A stretch of DNA of 64,000 bases, taken from positions 20,814 through 84,813 of IMG/VR virus record IMGVR_UViG_3300000318_000002. The stretch is one strand, 5' to 3'. The stretch is from a virus. Below are positions 1 through 9,096 of the stretch, one piece after another. Positions within the stretch are counted from its first letter, which is position 1, and every line of letters begins with the position of its first letter. The notes beneath the pieces are model-generated. The model was not told the DNA's origin and did not search any database. It was given only the letters and a program-made list of their open reading frames with translations. The position numbers were made by a program, and so were the translations under genes.

Positions 1-412
1 CTTTTAATGCCTTTTCAGAATCAATTTTTATTTTCTTACAAACATTTTTAATATCTACTTCTTGATCGATATTACCTTTTTGGGAATCTTTATTTATATT
101 AAATCCAGAAGGTATGTTCTCTTTAATAAACAAATCGAACTTTTCGACGTCGATCAATGATTCATTAAATCGCGCCGAAAGCATCCCACACCCGATATCA
201 ACTCCAATGATATTTGGAATAACATATCCATTTATTTTCATGGTAAAACCGATCACCGCCCCTTTACCGGAATGGCAGTCAGGCATAATTGCTATATAGG
301 TTTTCCCGAATGCGGGATGATTTAAAAAACCTTGTATTTGATCTTTTGTTGTCAAATCTATTTCATCAATCATAATATTCGCAGTGTTATATTTACCTTC
401 CATTTGGATCAT
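1..412 (-). CDS. rtcB: RtcB-family RNA ligase, N-terminal part (runs off the window edge)
   Basis: Not in the ORF track; translated by hand: MIQMEGKYNTANIMIDEID...IAIMPDCHSGKGAVIGFT...IPNIIGVDIGCGM. MPDxHxGxG and GVDIGCGM are RtcB signature motifs; GGGAG RBS upstream. Confidence 0.93.
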   Translation of the reverse strand, partial: MIQMEGKYNTANIMIDEIDLTTKDQIQGFLNHPAFGKTYIAIMPDCHSGKGAVIGFTMKINGYVIPNIIGVDIGCGMLSARFNESLIDVEKFDLFIKENIPSGFNINKDSQKGNIDQEVDIKNVCKKIKIDSEKALK

Positions 413-587
413 GTTGTCTCCCCTTTTTTCCCTTTGATATTTCAACAATTTTATATTTATCTGCTTTATTTTCAATTTCCAACAAATGATAAATATAATT
501 TGCTGTTATAAGATCCACCGATTCGCCGCGCAAAGAAAAATATTGTGCAAAGTCCCCGATATCGTTAATTACATTATAAAGTGTCAT
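393..587 (-). CDS. hypothetical protein
   Basis: 64-aa ORF, GAGG RBS, in line with neighbouring minus-strand genes. Confidence 0.6.
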   Translation of the reverse strand: MTLYNVINDIGDFAQYFSLRGESVDLITANYIYHLLEIENKADKYKIVEISKGKKGRQHDPNGR

Positions 588-616
588 AAGTACACCTCAC
601 GTAAATTAAATCGCTA

Positions 617-781
617 TCACCAAACCGTATACACCAAAACTCCTATTATAACCAATAAAGTAAAAATCAGTTTAGCCGAAAAAAGACTATCTTCTTCTTT
701 TAATTTTGATCCGCACAAAGGGCATTTTGTATAATTATTATCTTCTACCCAATAATTACATGATGTACAATGATAAATCAT
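617..781 (-). CDS. small zinc-ribbon membrane protein
   Basis: Hand-translated 54 aa: MIYHCTSC...KCPLCG followed by a hydrophobic C-terminal segment (LIFTLLVIIGVLVYTVW). Confidence 0.6.
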   Translation of the reverse strand: MIYHCTSCNYWVEDNNYTKCPLCGSKLKEEDSLFSAKLIFTLLVIIGVLVYTVW

Positions 782-800
782 ACAAATACCTTTAACGTTG

Positions 801-959
801 TCATTTTATACCTCTATTTTTATTCTTTGATGCCGCAGGTCTACCACCTTTTTTCCCGTTAATCCTAGAAGCAATAGCCTTTCGTTCACTTTTTATTTTC
901 CCAAGTTCTGAAAAAAAGACAGATAACTCTATTTCTTTATTGCAATGTGGACAATGCAT
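801..959 (-). CDS. small basic protein with CxxC and SRxNGKKGGRP motif (putative DNA-binding)
   Basis: Hand-translated 52 aa MHCPHCNKEI...ASRINGKKGGRPAA; GGAGG RBS; directly downstream of a consensus promoter. Confidence 0.7.
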   Translation of the reverse strand: MHCPHCNKEIELSVFFSELGKIKSERKAIASRINGKKGGRPAASKNKNRGIK

Positions 960-984
960 ACTGTTATTACCTCCCAATAATAAC

Positions 985-1013
985 AGTATAGCCTACCGGA
1001 TAGGTTTTGTCAA
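985..1013 (-). promoter_or_regulatory. sigma70-type promoter TTGACA-N17-TATACT
   Basis: Minus strand TTGACA aaacctatccggtaggc TATACT; nearly identical to the promoter at 16751-16779. Confidence 0.85.
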
Positions 1014-1064
1014 CATAAAAAAATAAAAAATTATATTTTTTGATATCGATATTAATTGCTTTTA

Positions 1065-1343
1065 TTACAATAAATTATTATTATCTTTAATAATAGAAAG
1101 TAGCCCAATAGTTATTCCTTGGACTTGCTTTTCGGATAAATTCAAATTTAATTTATCTGAAATAAAATGTAGCTGTTCATGTAAAATTGTTTCATATTTA
1201 ACTTGTTCGGGTAATTCGTTAAAAATTAAAATTTTGCATTGATCAGAAAAACACTTCCCGACAGAATCACCACCAATTAAATCTTTCTCAAATATAATAT
1301 TAACATCAAAAGAAAGAATTTTTTTAATGGATACTCTTTTCAT
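1065..1343 (-). CDS. small HExxH metallopeptidase-like protein (ImmA/IrrE-like)
   Basis: ETILHEQLH motif preceded by a beta-rich segment. Confidence 0.6.
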   Translation of the reverse strand: MKRVSIKKILSFDVNIIFEKDLIGGDSVGKCFSDQCKILIFNELPEQVKYETILHEQLHFISDKLNLNLSEKQVQGITIGLLSIIKDNNNLL

Positions 1344-1564
1344 CTTTTATTAATTTTTTTATAATGTCTTCTTATTGTACTTTCATCAACTCCGCACACG
1401 TCAGCTATATCGCAAAACGTTAATCTGGGATAATGGTTTTTAAGTGCATATTCAATTTTTGCATTAAATTCAATTTTTTTATAATTTATATTACTTTTAG
1501 ATTCTAATTGTTTAATAAAATCAGTATCAATATTTACTTCTGTTACCGATGTTTTTGTTTCCAT
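1340..1564 (-). CDS. helix-turn-helix protein
   Basis: C-terminal LTFCDIADVCGVDESTIRRHY HTH pattern. Confidence 0.65.
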   Translation of the reverse strand: METKTSVTEVNIDTDFIKQLESKSNINYKKIEFNAKIEYALKNHYPRLTFCDIADVCGVDESTIRRHYKKINKR

Positions 1565-2325
1565 TAAATCCTCTCGTAAGATTGTTTTAAATTAACTTTA
1601 TAAATATGTTTCGTAAAATCTAAGACCTTCCCATTATCTACAACCATTTCACAAAATCCTACATTATAAAATCCTCCGGACATCCTTCTTGGATAACGAT
1701 CATAATCCGCATTCCCTATTTTTAACGCCGGTAATGTCATCACTGTTGTATCTACATCGGATACCGATCTATATTCATGGACGTGCCCTCGAATAATATA
1801 ATCCGCTTTTTCAACACCCTCAGGTTCAGACATTAATTTGTTCCAAATAAGTTGTTTCCGCAACATAATGTCGCCGCCAACGGGAGTAGATGTTTTCCCA
1901 ATAGTATGTTGCATATTGAATTTAACGCCATCGACATCTATCTTTCTCATCCATGAAATCCCAAAATCTCCCATTTTTTCTGCAATTGTTTTTTCAAAAT
2001 CGATATTTCCGGTGCTAACATGATATGGAGTCCCATAACAAAAAATATGTTTTTTAGCATTTGCGCTTTTTAATACCTTTATACAATTTTCTTGTTGTTC
2101 GGAAATATCCGGCAATCTTAGAAACCCAGAATCTTTTGTATCTGGTCCTTCAATACAATCTCCCAAATGCAACATTACATCATATTCTGATTTTTTTGTG
2201 GTCATCCACCAATTCCAAAATGGAGTCATAATCTCATCAATTTTTTTTTCATTCGGATAATCAGGATGGGTCATCCCCATTAAATGTCCGGAATGATTAT
2301 CCGAAAGTAAAATAATTTTAGTCAT
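1564..2325 (-). CDS. calcineurin-like metallophosphoesterase
   Basis: SDxH, LGD, H (QH) and GHVH motifs in canonical order. Confidence 0.8.
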   Translation of the reverse strand: MTKIILLSDNHSGHLMGMTHPDYPNEKKIDEIMTPFWNWWMTTKKSEYDVMLHLGDCIEGPDTKDSGFLRLPDISEQQENCIKVLKSANAKKHIFCYGTPYHVSTGNIDFEKTIAEKMGDFGISWMRKIDVDGVKFNMQHTIGKTSTPVGGDIMLRKQLIWNKLMSEPEGVEKADYIIRGHVHEYRSVSDVDTTVMTLPALKIGNADYDRYPRRMSGGFYNVGFCEMVVDNGKVLDFTKHIYKVNLKQSYERI

Positions 2326-2355
2326 AAATATCCTTTAAATTCAAAAATTCTGATT

Positions 2356-2829
2356 TTAAACATTTATTGTTTCATGCTGAATATATTTCAATGACTGAAA
2401 ATCATGATGGTCAATCATTAACCGCTCAAAAATATTCTTCCACTTTTCACCACGAATGCGCATGTTAAATATACGTTTATACCATGGGCAATTAATATAA
2501 ACAATCTTTATATTAAACCTCTTTTGGATAATATCGTTTTCAAGTAAATATAAAATGCCAGGAGGATCTATTATATAAAAATCAGCATCAAATAAATCAT
2601 TTGAAGAAACCCAATATTCGTTTTTCCCGCGTTTTGTGTACGCAACAAAATCCTTCCTATAGTCTTCACATACTATTTTATGAAAGTGTTTGTGTACTCC
2701 ATTAATTTCGCCATCTCTTTTCGGACGTGTAGTATGGGAAATTACCATTTTACAACCAAAGATGTTTGTTAAATAATCTTTTCCAGATCCTGATTTCCCA
2801 CAAACCAAAGTAAGATTTTTTTTAATCAT
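2356..2829 (-). CDS. guanylate kinase-like protein
   Basis: Walker A GKSGSGKD plus SHTTRPKRDGEINGVH guanylate-kinase signature. Confidence 0.8.
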   Translation of the reverse strand: MIKKNLTLVCGKSGSGKDYLTNIFGCKMVISHTTRPKRDGEINGVHKHFHKIVCEDYRKDFVAYTKRGKNEYWVSSNDLFDADFYIIDPPGILYLLENDIIQKRFNIKIVYINCPWYKRIFNMRIRGEKWKNIFERLMIDHHDFQSLKYIQHETINV

Positions 2830-2838
2830 TTTCTTTCC

Positions 2839-3324
2839 TTACATCATCATTAAAAATTGTGCTTTTCGCATACAATTACGCGCATATATTCTTGATATTT
2901 TGGGATAAATTTTTCTATTGTGCCCAGAATTGTATTTGCAAAAACCTTCAAAGTAATCATTCTTTGCTGGTGTTTTTGATAGGCAATATTTTAAATATTT
3001 TGTTCCCGCAAGAATATTTTCATATTTAACCCACGGTGCAGCTTTATATCCTGCGGCGGTCGATGGCATCAATTGGCATATCCCCAAAGCCCCGGCAGAC
3101 GAAACGGCTGAATTTGAAAAATTACTTTCAGAATGAATCTTTGAAAATTCGTATAGTTCATCAATTCCTGTTTGATAACAGGCTTGTTTTATCTGACAAA
3201 AAGTAGTCTGATCAAGTGCCGGATACAATTTGTGCATAGTTGAATAATCAACAACAATTCCTGAAGAAAAATTAAGAGAAACAATACCTAAAAAAAATAA
3301 TATTATTGTAAATATAAATTTCAT
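2839..3324 (-). CDS. SLT-domain lytic transglycosylase with N-terminal signal/anchor
   Basis: ES catalytic motif (HSESNF), AVSSAGALGICQLMPSTA, KYNSG; hydrophobic N-terminus. Confidence 0.85.
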   Translation of the reverse strand: MKFIFTIILFFLGIVSLNFSSGIVVDYSTMHKLYPALDQTTFCQIKQACYQTGIDELYEFSKIHSESNFSNSAVSSAGALGICQLMPSTAAGYKAAPWVKYENILAGTKYLKYCLSKTPAKNDYFEGFCKYNSGHNRKIYPKISRIYARNCMRKAQFLMMM

Positions 3325-4502
3325 TTTTTGACCTCTTTTAAAATTATAGAAAAAATATGAGAAATTACGTCAACAGTCCATGAATTCCCAACAGAGTGAT
3401 ATCGTCTTGAATTTGAAACGCAATCGGTATAATTATCTTTTAACGTTTGCAATCTTTCACATTCTACAGGAGTAAGTTTTCGCCAAGTTATTTTTTCTTC
3501 TGAGATTTTAGGCTCTTGATTCCCGCCGCAAATTGCAGTCAAACAGGGGCTTTTACCCTCCACCGAATAAACTCTTTTTATATTATCATTACCTTTTATA
3601 TCGGCAACTCCTATCTGTACGCATAAACTATCTTTTGTTAAACAATTAGATTTACCTGTTTCATTGACTTCAAGGCATTGTTCTGTATCAATACCTGAAG
3701 TTCGATCAGATGGATGTTCGGGATTCCGACCGCGGAATGCTCCGCCGGTAATAATTAACTGTCTTTTCCCTTGTTCTAAATAACTTTTTTCATTACCGCC
3801 TTTAGCATAATTGGCATCAAGACAATAGGATTTTGTTCTATCGGTTACCCCTGTTTCTATAATATCTTGTAAAAATATCTTTTTATCTTTTGGTTGAGTA
3901 ACTTCAGAGTCAAAAACAATAATATTATTTTCACTTTCAAATAAAGACTGAAAATAATTTCTTTTATTATCTTTATCAATTGATATTTGATAATTTTTAC
4001 AATCAGTAATTTTTTTACAAATTATATAAATACGTTCTCTGTTTTGTGCTGAAACCAATGCCGAATTTATTATAATCCAGTCTACGGCATATCCTAAATA
4101 ATTGAATTTTTTTAAAATAAACTTAAATGTATTACCATTATCAATTGATAAAAGTCCTTTTACATTTTCAAAAAATAAATCTTTTGGCTGATATTTTTCA
4201 ATAACACTAAACATCGCATCAAGGATATCCCCGCCTCTTTTGTCTCCCAACCCTTTTCTTTTACCGGCATTAGAGTATGGCTGGCAAGGGAAGCCTCCAA
4301 TAATTATATCAGGATGCTCAATATCCCATGTTTGGGAATAAAGTATTGATCCAAGCTGAATAGTATTCGGGTAATTTTTTTGTGTTATTTTTATTGCGTA
4401 AGGATCTATTTCTGAAGCATAATACTTTTCAATAGGTATACCGGACCTTTCAAAAGCAACTTGACCTGCCGAAATACCATCAAAAAGAGATAATACCTTC
4501 AT
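3321..4502 (-). CDS. DNA (cytosine-5) methyltransferase
   Basis: Motif I LSLFDGISAG, motif IV GFPCQ, motif VI ENV, motif VIII QNRERIY, C-terminal LTPVECERLQ and GNSW. Confidence 0.93.
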   Translation of the reverse strand: MKVLSLFDGISAGQVAFERSGIPIEKYYASEIDPYAIKITQKNYPNTIQLGSILYSQTWDIEHPDIIIGGFPCQPYSNAGKRKGLGDKRGGDILDAMFSVIEKYQPKDLFFENVKGLLSIDNGNTFKFILKKFNYLGYAVDWIIINSALVSAQNRERIYIICKKITDCKNYQISIDKDNKRNYFQSLFESENNIIVFDSEVTQPKDKKIFLQDIIETGVTDRTKSYCLDANYAKGGNEKSYLEQGKRQLIITGGAFRGRNPEHPSDRTSGIDTEQCLEVNETGKSNCLTKDSLCVQIGVADIKGNDNIKRVYSVEGKSPCLTAICGGNQEPKISEEKITWRKLTPVECERLQTLKDNYTDCVSNSRRYHSVGNSWTVDVISHIFSIILKEVKK

Positions 4503-4699
4503 TTTTTTTCATACTCAGAAAAAGCTTTTAAAATTTCATTAACCGTTAAATTTTGCATTTTTGATGGATGAAGTTTACACCAAAGCATAAAACGCCCCGC
4601 CGATTCAAGAGTAAAAAAAGCTTTTTCATTCATCAAAATAGCATGTATCCGCTTTTCAAGCGTCTCTTCGGATATCCATATAGGAAGTGGTTTTATCAT
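4499..4699 (-). CDS. hypothetical protein
   Basis: ORF 4499..4753; start moved to MIKPLP because of a GGAG RBS. Confidence 0.55.
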   Translation of the reverse strand: MIKPLPIWISEETLEKRIHAILMNEKAFFTLESAGRFMLWCKLHPSKMQNLTVNEILKAFSEYEKK

Positions 4700-4886
4700 G
4701 TTCCGTACTCCCATTGTGTTTTTTATAGTCGTTAACATAAAATCCTGCTCCATTAAATTTAATACTAGGTTTTGAAAAAAGCCTTCTCATTTTCCCTTTA
4801 CAAAGTGGACAAGTTTGATTTTTAACATTTACAGGATCCTCATGCTCGTATCCACATCCGTCACATTTAAAATCTGCCATATTCAT
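4656..4886 (-). CDS. FmdB-family zinc-ribbon protein
   Basis: FKCDGCG...CPLCKG..RRLFS..FNGAGFYVNDY, the typical FmdB pattern. Confidence 0.8.
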   Translation of the reverse strand: MNMADFKCDGCGYEHEDPVNVKNQTCPLCKGKMRRLFSKPSIKFNGAGFYVNDYKKHNGSTEHDKTTSYMDIRRDA

Positions 4887-4887
4887 T

Positions 4888-5097
4888 TTATGATACCTGT
4901 TTAACGCATGGATAAGAGCCAATTTTTATAGGGGAATCGATTTTCCCAATATTCCGAGCAAGAGTATAACTTGATCCAGAACAATCAACAAAATTATCCC
5001 CGTCTTTATAAAGACCAACTTTTTTACCGTCAGTATTCCATCTCTTTTTTATTCCATCCCACGAAACTATTAAGTAAATACCCTTATAAATCGCCAT
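4888..5097 (-). CDS. hypothetical protein
   Basis: 69-aa ORF with GAGG RBS. Confidence 0.55.
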   Translation of the reverse strand: MAIYKGIYLIVSWDGIKKRWNTDGKKVGLYKDGDNFVDCSGSSYTLARNIGKIDSPIKIGSYPCVKQVS

Positions 5098-5241
5098 GAG
5101 GAAACCCTCTTTATGTTTGAAATTATAACAACCATAAATAACCTGTTTGAAATGTCAAATATATTTTTGACATTTTTCGCAAAAAATAATAATCAGTTGA
5201 CTTTAATATAAACCTTATATTTTATTTTTATGTGAGGTTTT

Positions 5242-6120
5242 ATGCAAAAAAATGATTTAATTGTTCAAAATAATGCTTTCCCCGATCTTTCTTTAATAGC
5301 AGAAAAATTACCCAAACTTTCTGAAGAAAGTAGAAAAACATATTCCTACGCAATGAATTCATTTAAACATTATTGCGAAAAAAATTCCGTTCCGATAGGG
5401 ATAGACTCTCTTGTTGAATGGATTCAATCCATGGAAAACGGCAATACTCAAAAATGTTATCTTGCGGCAATAAAAAAAGTCATGCGTCAGCTTTTTAAAT
5501 TTGATCCGCGTCTTCAAAATATTCTTTCAAGTCTTGAAGAAATTCATCCTGAAAAGAAAGATATGACGATTACCAGATCCAAATATCTAACAAAAGAAGA
5601 AATTTATCAACTTATTCACAAATCGCCTAAAAATCTATCGGCAATTATTGAAGTTATGTTTTGGACTGGATTCCGTGTTTCTTCAATTTTGAACATTGAA
5701 CTCGAAAAATGTACTTTTGTAGAGTCCGGATACTATGAAATCCGCGTCAAAGGTAAACGCAACAAAGAAAATACCGGGTTTATTGACAAAAAACTTTACG
5801 ACAAGTGTAAAAAACTTTTCAATGGCAAAAAATTTTTATTTGAACATAAAGAAAAAAAGTTCACAAGGGAATATATAAGCCGATCAATAACGACTTTAGG
5901 TCGAAAAATACTCGATAAGAAAATTTCAGCGCATACTACCCGAAGATCCTTTGCTTGCTACCTGCTTTATGAGCGCGGCATTACTCTTGATAAAGTTCAA
6001 AAAGCAATGAATCATTCCAGTATAAATACCACTGCCATTTATTTATCCGGAAAAGCTACTCCGGAAGAAATAGGGATACCTGGACTAAAAAAAACAAGAA
6101 AAAATAAACCCGCCTGTTAA
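5242..6120 (+). CDS. tyrosine recombinase (integrase/Xer-like)
   Basis: TGFRVS, KGK, HTTRRS, MNHSSINTTAIY: R-K-H-x-x-R-H-Y catalytic set. Confidence 0.9.
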   Translation: MQKNDLIVQNNAFPDLSLIAEKLPKLSEESRKTYSYAMNSFKHYCEKNSVPIGIDSLVEWIQSMENGNTQKCYLAAIKKVMRQLFKFDPRLQNILSSLEEIHPEKKDMTITRSKYLTKEEIYQLIHKSPKNLSAIIEVMFWTGFRVSSILNIELEKCTFVESGYYEIRVKGKRNKENTGFIDKKLYDKCKKLFNGKKFLFEHKEKKFTREYISRSITTLGRKILDKKISAHTTRRSFACYLLYERGITLDKVQKAMNHSSINTTAIYLSGKATPEEIGIPGLKKTRKNKPAC

Positions 6121-6134
6121 AGCGGGTTTATTTT
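6101..6134. terminator. bidirectional intrinsic terminator
   Basis: AAAATAAACCCGC-ctgttaaa-GCGGGTTTATTTT between convergent genes. Confidence 0.8.
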
Positions 6135-6145
6135 AGAAAACCTTC

Positions 6146-6319
6146 TCAGCGATAATCTGACGTCAATTGTTTTTTATATATTCTTTCAAGTGCAGCAAAC
6201 CCCTGTTTTTTTATCGCGCGTTTTATCGCTTCTGTTTTTGGGACATCTTTAATCTGCTCATTCAAAAACATAAGCATATCAAACTTTATACCATCGTAAT
6301 TATCTTTTGTTATTCGCAT
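6146..6319 (-). CDS. hypothetical protein
   Basis: Hand-translated 57 aa MRITKDNYDG...; fills the gap before the terminator. Confidence 0.5.
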   Translation of the reverse strand: MRITKDNYDGIKFDMLMFLNEQIKDVPKTEAIKRAIKKQGFAALERIYKKQLTSDYR

Positions 6320-6378
6320 AAATTTTAGCCCTTAAAAAAAGCGGGACTTTTATACCCCGCCTGACTTTGTTAGTCAGC

Positions 6379-6561
6379 CTATATCATGCTATAATTTTTC
6401 ATCGACCAGTCGTGACAAAACTGTTTAACGTCTTTGTCATCTGTAAAATTATAGCCATTGTAAAGAGGATTGATCTTGCGATCATGTCTTACGCCGTCAA
6501 TGTAAAGATACCCGGCAGATGTTATTTTAACGCTCTTACCATTGATAATTGATGTTCTCAT
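6379..6561 (-). CDS. hypothetical protein
   Basis: 60-aa ORF with AGGA RBS, downstream of a TTGACA promoter. Confidence 0.6.
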   Translation of the reverse strand: MRTSIINGKSVKITSAGYLYIDGVRHDRKINPLYNGYNFTDDKDVKQFCHDWSMKNYSMI

Positions 6562-6630
6562 GTTGTTTCTCCTACCCGTCTGAGTGGGTTAGCCTCGTAA
6601 TTTGTTTTGGTCTCTCTCAACCATATAAAT

Positions 6631-6673
6631 AATCTACTGCACGGGACTATTTTTGTCAACAATTTTTTTGACA
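6631..6673 (-). promoter_or_regulatory. sigma70-type promoter inside a TGTCAA-N8-TTGACA palindrome
   Basis: Minus strand TTGACA-N17-TAGATT; the -35 element is one arm of the palindrome. Confidence 0.6.
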
Positions 6674-6857
6674 AAAATCTACTTTTTTATCTTTTTTTCG
6701 TAATTTTTATATCCTCAAACGTGCACCAACACAAAAAGATCAATCCCTCAATTTCACACAATCCGATATTATCATCTTTTACAGCATATATTTTGTATTT
6801 TTTGCCATTTGAGTATCCATATCCAATTGATTTCATAGACTACCTATTAAAATCCCC

Positions 6858-7175
6858 TCATTGTTCACTGATAAATTCCTCCAACTTCTTTAATACTTTT
6901 TTATCATAAATTTTTTTACTACGCACGGTCTTCGCCTCGCGCCATTTGGAATAAATAGAATTTTCTCCACAACTTTCAAGAGGACATTTATTATATCTTC
7001 TTCTGAAATACCTAGGATAAGACGTTCTTTCAAAAAATAATTCGCAAAGAGGGCATTCATTTATAAATTTATTAACATTAACTGAAGTGCTCGACTTATA
7101 CCTTGACCCCGATGCTGAAAGTTCCTTCTAAATCTGAATAGAAATTTTTAATGCTTTTATAAGTTTTTTATCCAC
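6858..7175 (-). pseudogene. Cys-rich phage protein interrupted by an in-frame TAG at codon 16
   Basis: AAGGAG RBS, GTG start, MDKKLIKALKISIQI*KELSASG...CPLCE...KCPLESC...YSKW; frame stays open for 89 codons after the TAG (7128-7130). Confidence 0.65.
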
Positions 7176-7279
7176 TTTATTTCTCCTTTTATTTTTTTCC
7201 ACAAACTGCCCTCTAAAATGCCCTCAGTCTGCTTAAAACGGCTTTATTTGGCTTCCAAAACCGCAAAACAACCCCTTAT

Positions 7280-8002
7280 CTACCCTATAGCCTTTTGACC
7301 GTTTGTAGAAAGGAAAAGACGTGTATATTCATCCGAATACAGAAAATAAACAATTTCACCATTAAAATTCTTTTTATCAATGCTTTCCTTTTCCAAAAGA
7401 CGGGCGATTGTCTCTTTTATCTGCTTTTCATCCAGATTAAAACAAATATCCATGATGCTATTATAATCCATGTATCGGTGTCCGACCCCTTCATCATATA
7501 TCGCATTCAGGATTATATTTTCAAACCGGACCTTTTCTTCTTTTTCCGCGTAGAAGTCTTTTTCTTCAGACGGGCAATATTTATATTCAAGCTGTGCAGT
7601 AATTGCTCTTACTTTTGTTTTTGTGCAATGCTCTTCCATGAGATCCAATTCTTTTTGGTAATCAATTTTTTCAGCATGAGAAACAACCGGCTTTTTAAGT
7701 GCCTGAAGACATTCATGTGAGAACCAATGCTTAAATGGTTTTGCTTTTTCTTTACGGCTGGAAAAGATTAAAGCAGTTAATCCAAATTCATTTACAATTA
7801 TTATAGGTTGCAATCCACCAGCCGTTTGTATCCGAATAGTCTTCTTATCTTCTTCATCAAGACGTTCAACAGCACGTGAAACATCTTTTATTTCTAAAGC
7901 TTCACAAATATCGGAAGCTACAAACCAATTAATATTTTCTTCATCCGTTATTTCTTGGATCTTTTTTGATCCAAAATTAAAAATTTGCAATTCATTATTC
8001 AT
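7280..8002 (-). CDS. Bro-N domain protein (antirepressor-like) with C-terminal winged-helix-like region
   Basis: LQIFNF...WFVASDICEALEI...RLDEEDK...GGLQ..IIVNEFGL..LIFSSRKEKAKPFKHW. Confidence 0.88.
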   Translation of the reverse strand: MNNELQIFNFGSKKIQEITDEENINWFVASDICEALEIKDVSRAVERLDEEDKKTIRIQTAGGLQPIIIVNEFGLTALIFSSRKEKAKPFKHWFSHECLQALKKPVVSHAEKIDYQKELDLMEEHCTKTKVRAITAQLEYKYCPSEEKDFYAEKEEKVRFENIILNAIYDEGVGHRYMDYNSIMDICFNLDEKQIKETIARLLEKESIDKKNFNGEIVYFLYSDEYTRLFLSTNGQKAIG

Positions 8003-8160
8003 TTGTTTTCCTCTTTTTGTTGAGATTTTTCAAATTCTGCAATTTCTTTTTTACAAGCTCTTGCAATTATTCTACTTCTTGACCGATCTTCAATCATCGC
8101 CATTTTCTCCAGCGAGGCAACTACCTCATCTTCAAAATAAACAGTAATCATTTTTGCCAT
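7999..8160 (-). CDS. ribbon-helix-helix (CopG/Arc-like) regulator
   Basis: Hand-translated 53 aa MAKMITVYFEDEVVASLEKMAMIEDRSRSRIIARAC; AAGGAG RBS; ATGA overlap with the Bro-N gene. Confidence 0.75.
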   Translation of the reverse strand: MAKMITVYFEDEVVASLEKMAMIEDRSRSRIIARACKKEIAEFEKSQQKEENK

Positions 8161-8238
8161 TTTATTTCTCCTTTACAGTTAAAGAAATATATAGACGTTT
8201 TTTATGTCAAGTTATTTTATTTTTTTATATGTTTTAGT

Positions 8239-8289
8239 ATTATATCCTCATAGGGTACGATTTCAAATCGTACCCTATGAGGATATAAT
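8239..8289. repeat. perfect 25-bp inverted repeat with a 1-nt centre
   Basis: ATTATATCCTCATAGGGTACGATTT-C-AAATCGTACCCTATGAGGATATAAT. Confidence 0.95.
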
Positions 8290-8439
8290 GGTTTGCAATA
8301 GTGTTTAAAATAATAAATTTTTAAGTAAATAGTAACTAAAAATCAATATTTTATCAGGATTTTACTCTCTTCCGGCATTAAAACAGTTCCCTATCAAATA
8401 CCAATACATAGTTTCTTCTATATAAGCAAATTACAAAAA

Positions 8440-8960
8440 CCGAATCTTTCAATCTTTCAAAGATCTTTCAAGGGGGTAAATTTGAAAGATTCGACCAAAA
8501 GAATCAACAAAACAGCCTAAAATTTAGTAAACAGTAAGTAAAAAAACGCCTATACACCGCAGTACACTATAGAAGAAAAAAAAGCAAAATTTACTGGTTT
8601 CTAATTTATCACGCCGAATCTTTCAATCTTTCAACCTAGGGAATAAAAATATAAGAAAATAATAAAAAATGATATAAAATAGATAAATAGTAAAAGAAAA
8701 CAAAAAATTGATAAATAGTAAAAAGTTTTGGGGAAGGGCTTGAAAGATTGAAAGATTTATTGTTAAATATTAGTAACAAGTAAATTATATATTATATATA
8801 TACATATTATAGATATATGTATATATATCTATACCTTTTTTTCAAATTAAAATAGTCATTTTATTATTTTTGTCTATTTTCGCATTTACTAGTTTCTAAA
8901 ATCTTGTATTAAATCTTTCAAGAGTATGCCTTGAAAGATTTATGAAAGATTTGAAAGATT
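8440..8960. repeat. mirror-symmetric iteron array, putative replication origin
   Basis: 12 copies of ATCTTTCAA or its complement (one with a mismatch) in 4+2+2+4 clusters around an A-rich core, at the coding-strand switch. Confidence 0.7.
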
Positions 8961-9096
8961 TATTCCCTATTTTCACCTTTATTCACTTTTTATCTTAATT
9001 TATATTTTTTCTCTTGACACATATGTTCCTACTTATCAAATAAATTATGCGTGAGTTGTTTTATCCTCTCCTTACGCTCTTGATACCCTCTACTTG

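Noticed and set aside
5242-6120. Integrase marking a prophage boundary (att site)
   Set aside because: Phage-type genes continue on both sides and no host genes or att duplication are visible; it may equally be a resolvase.
8440-8960. TTGAAAG/CTTTCAA repeats as CRISPR repeat ends
   Set aside because: Only 9 bp long, in both orientations and irregularly spaced; no 25-40-bp repeat-spacer periodicity and no cas genes.
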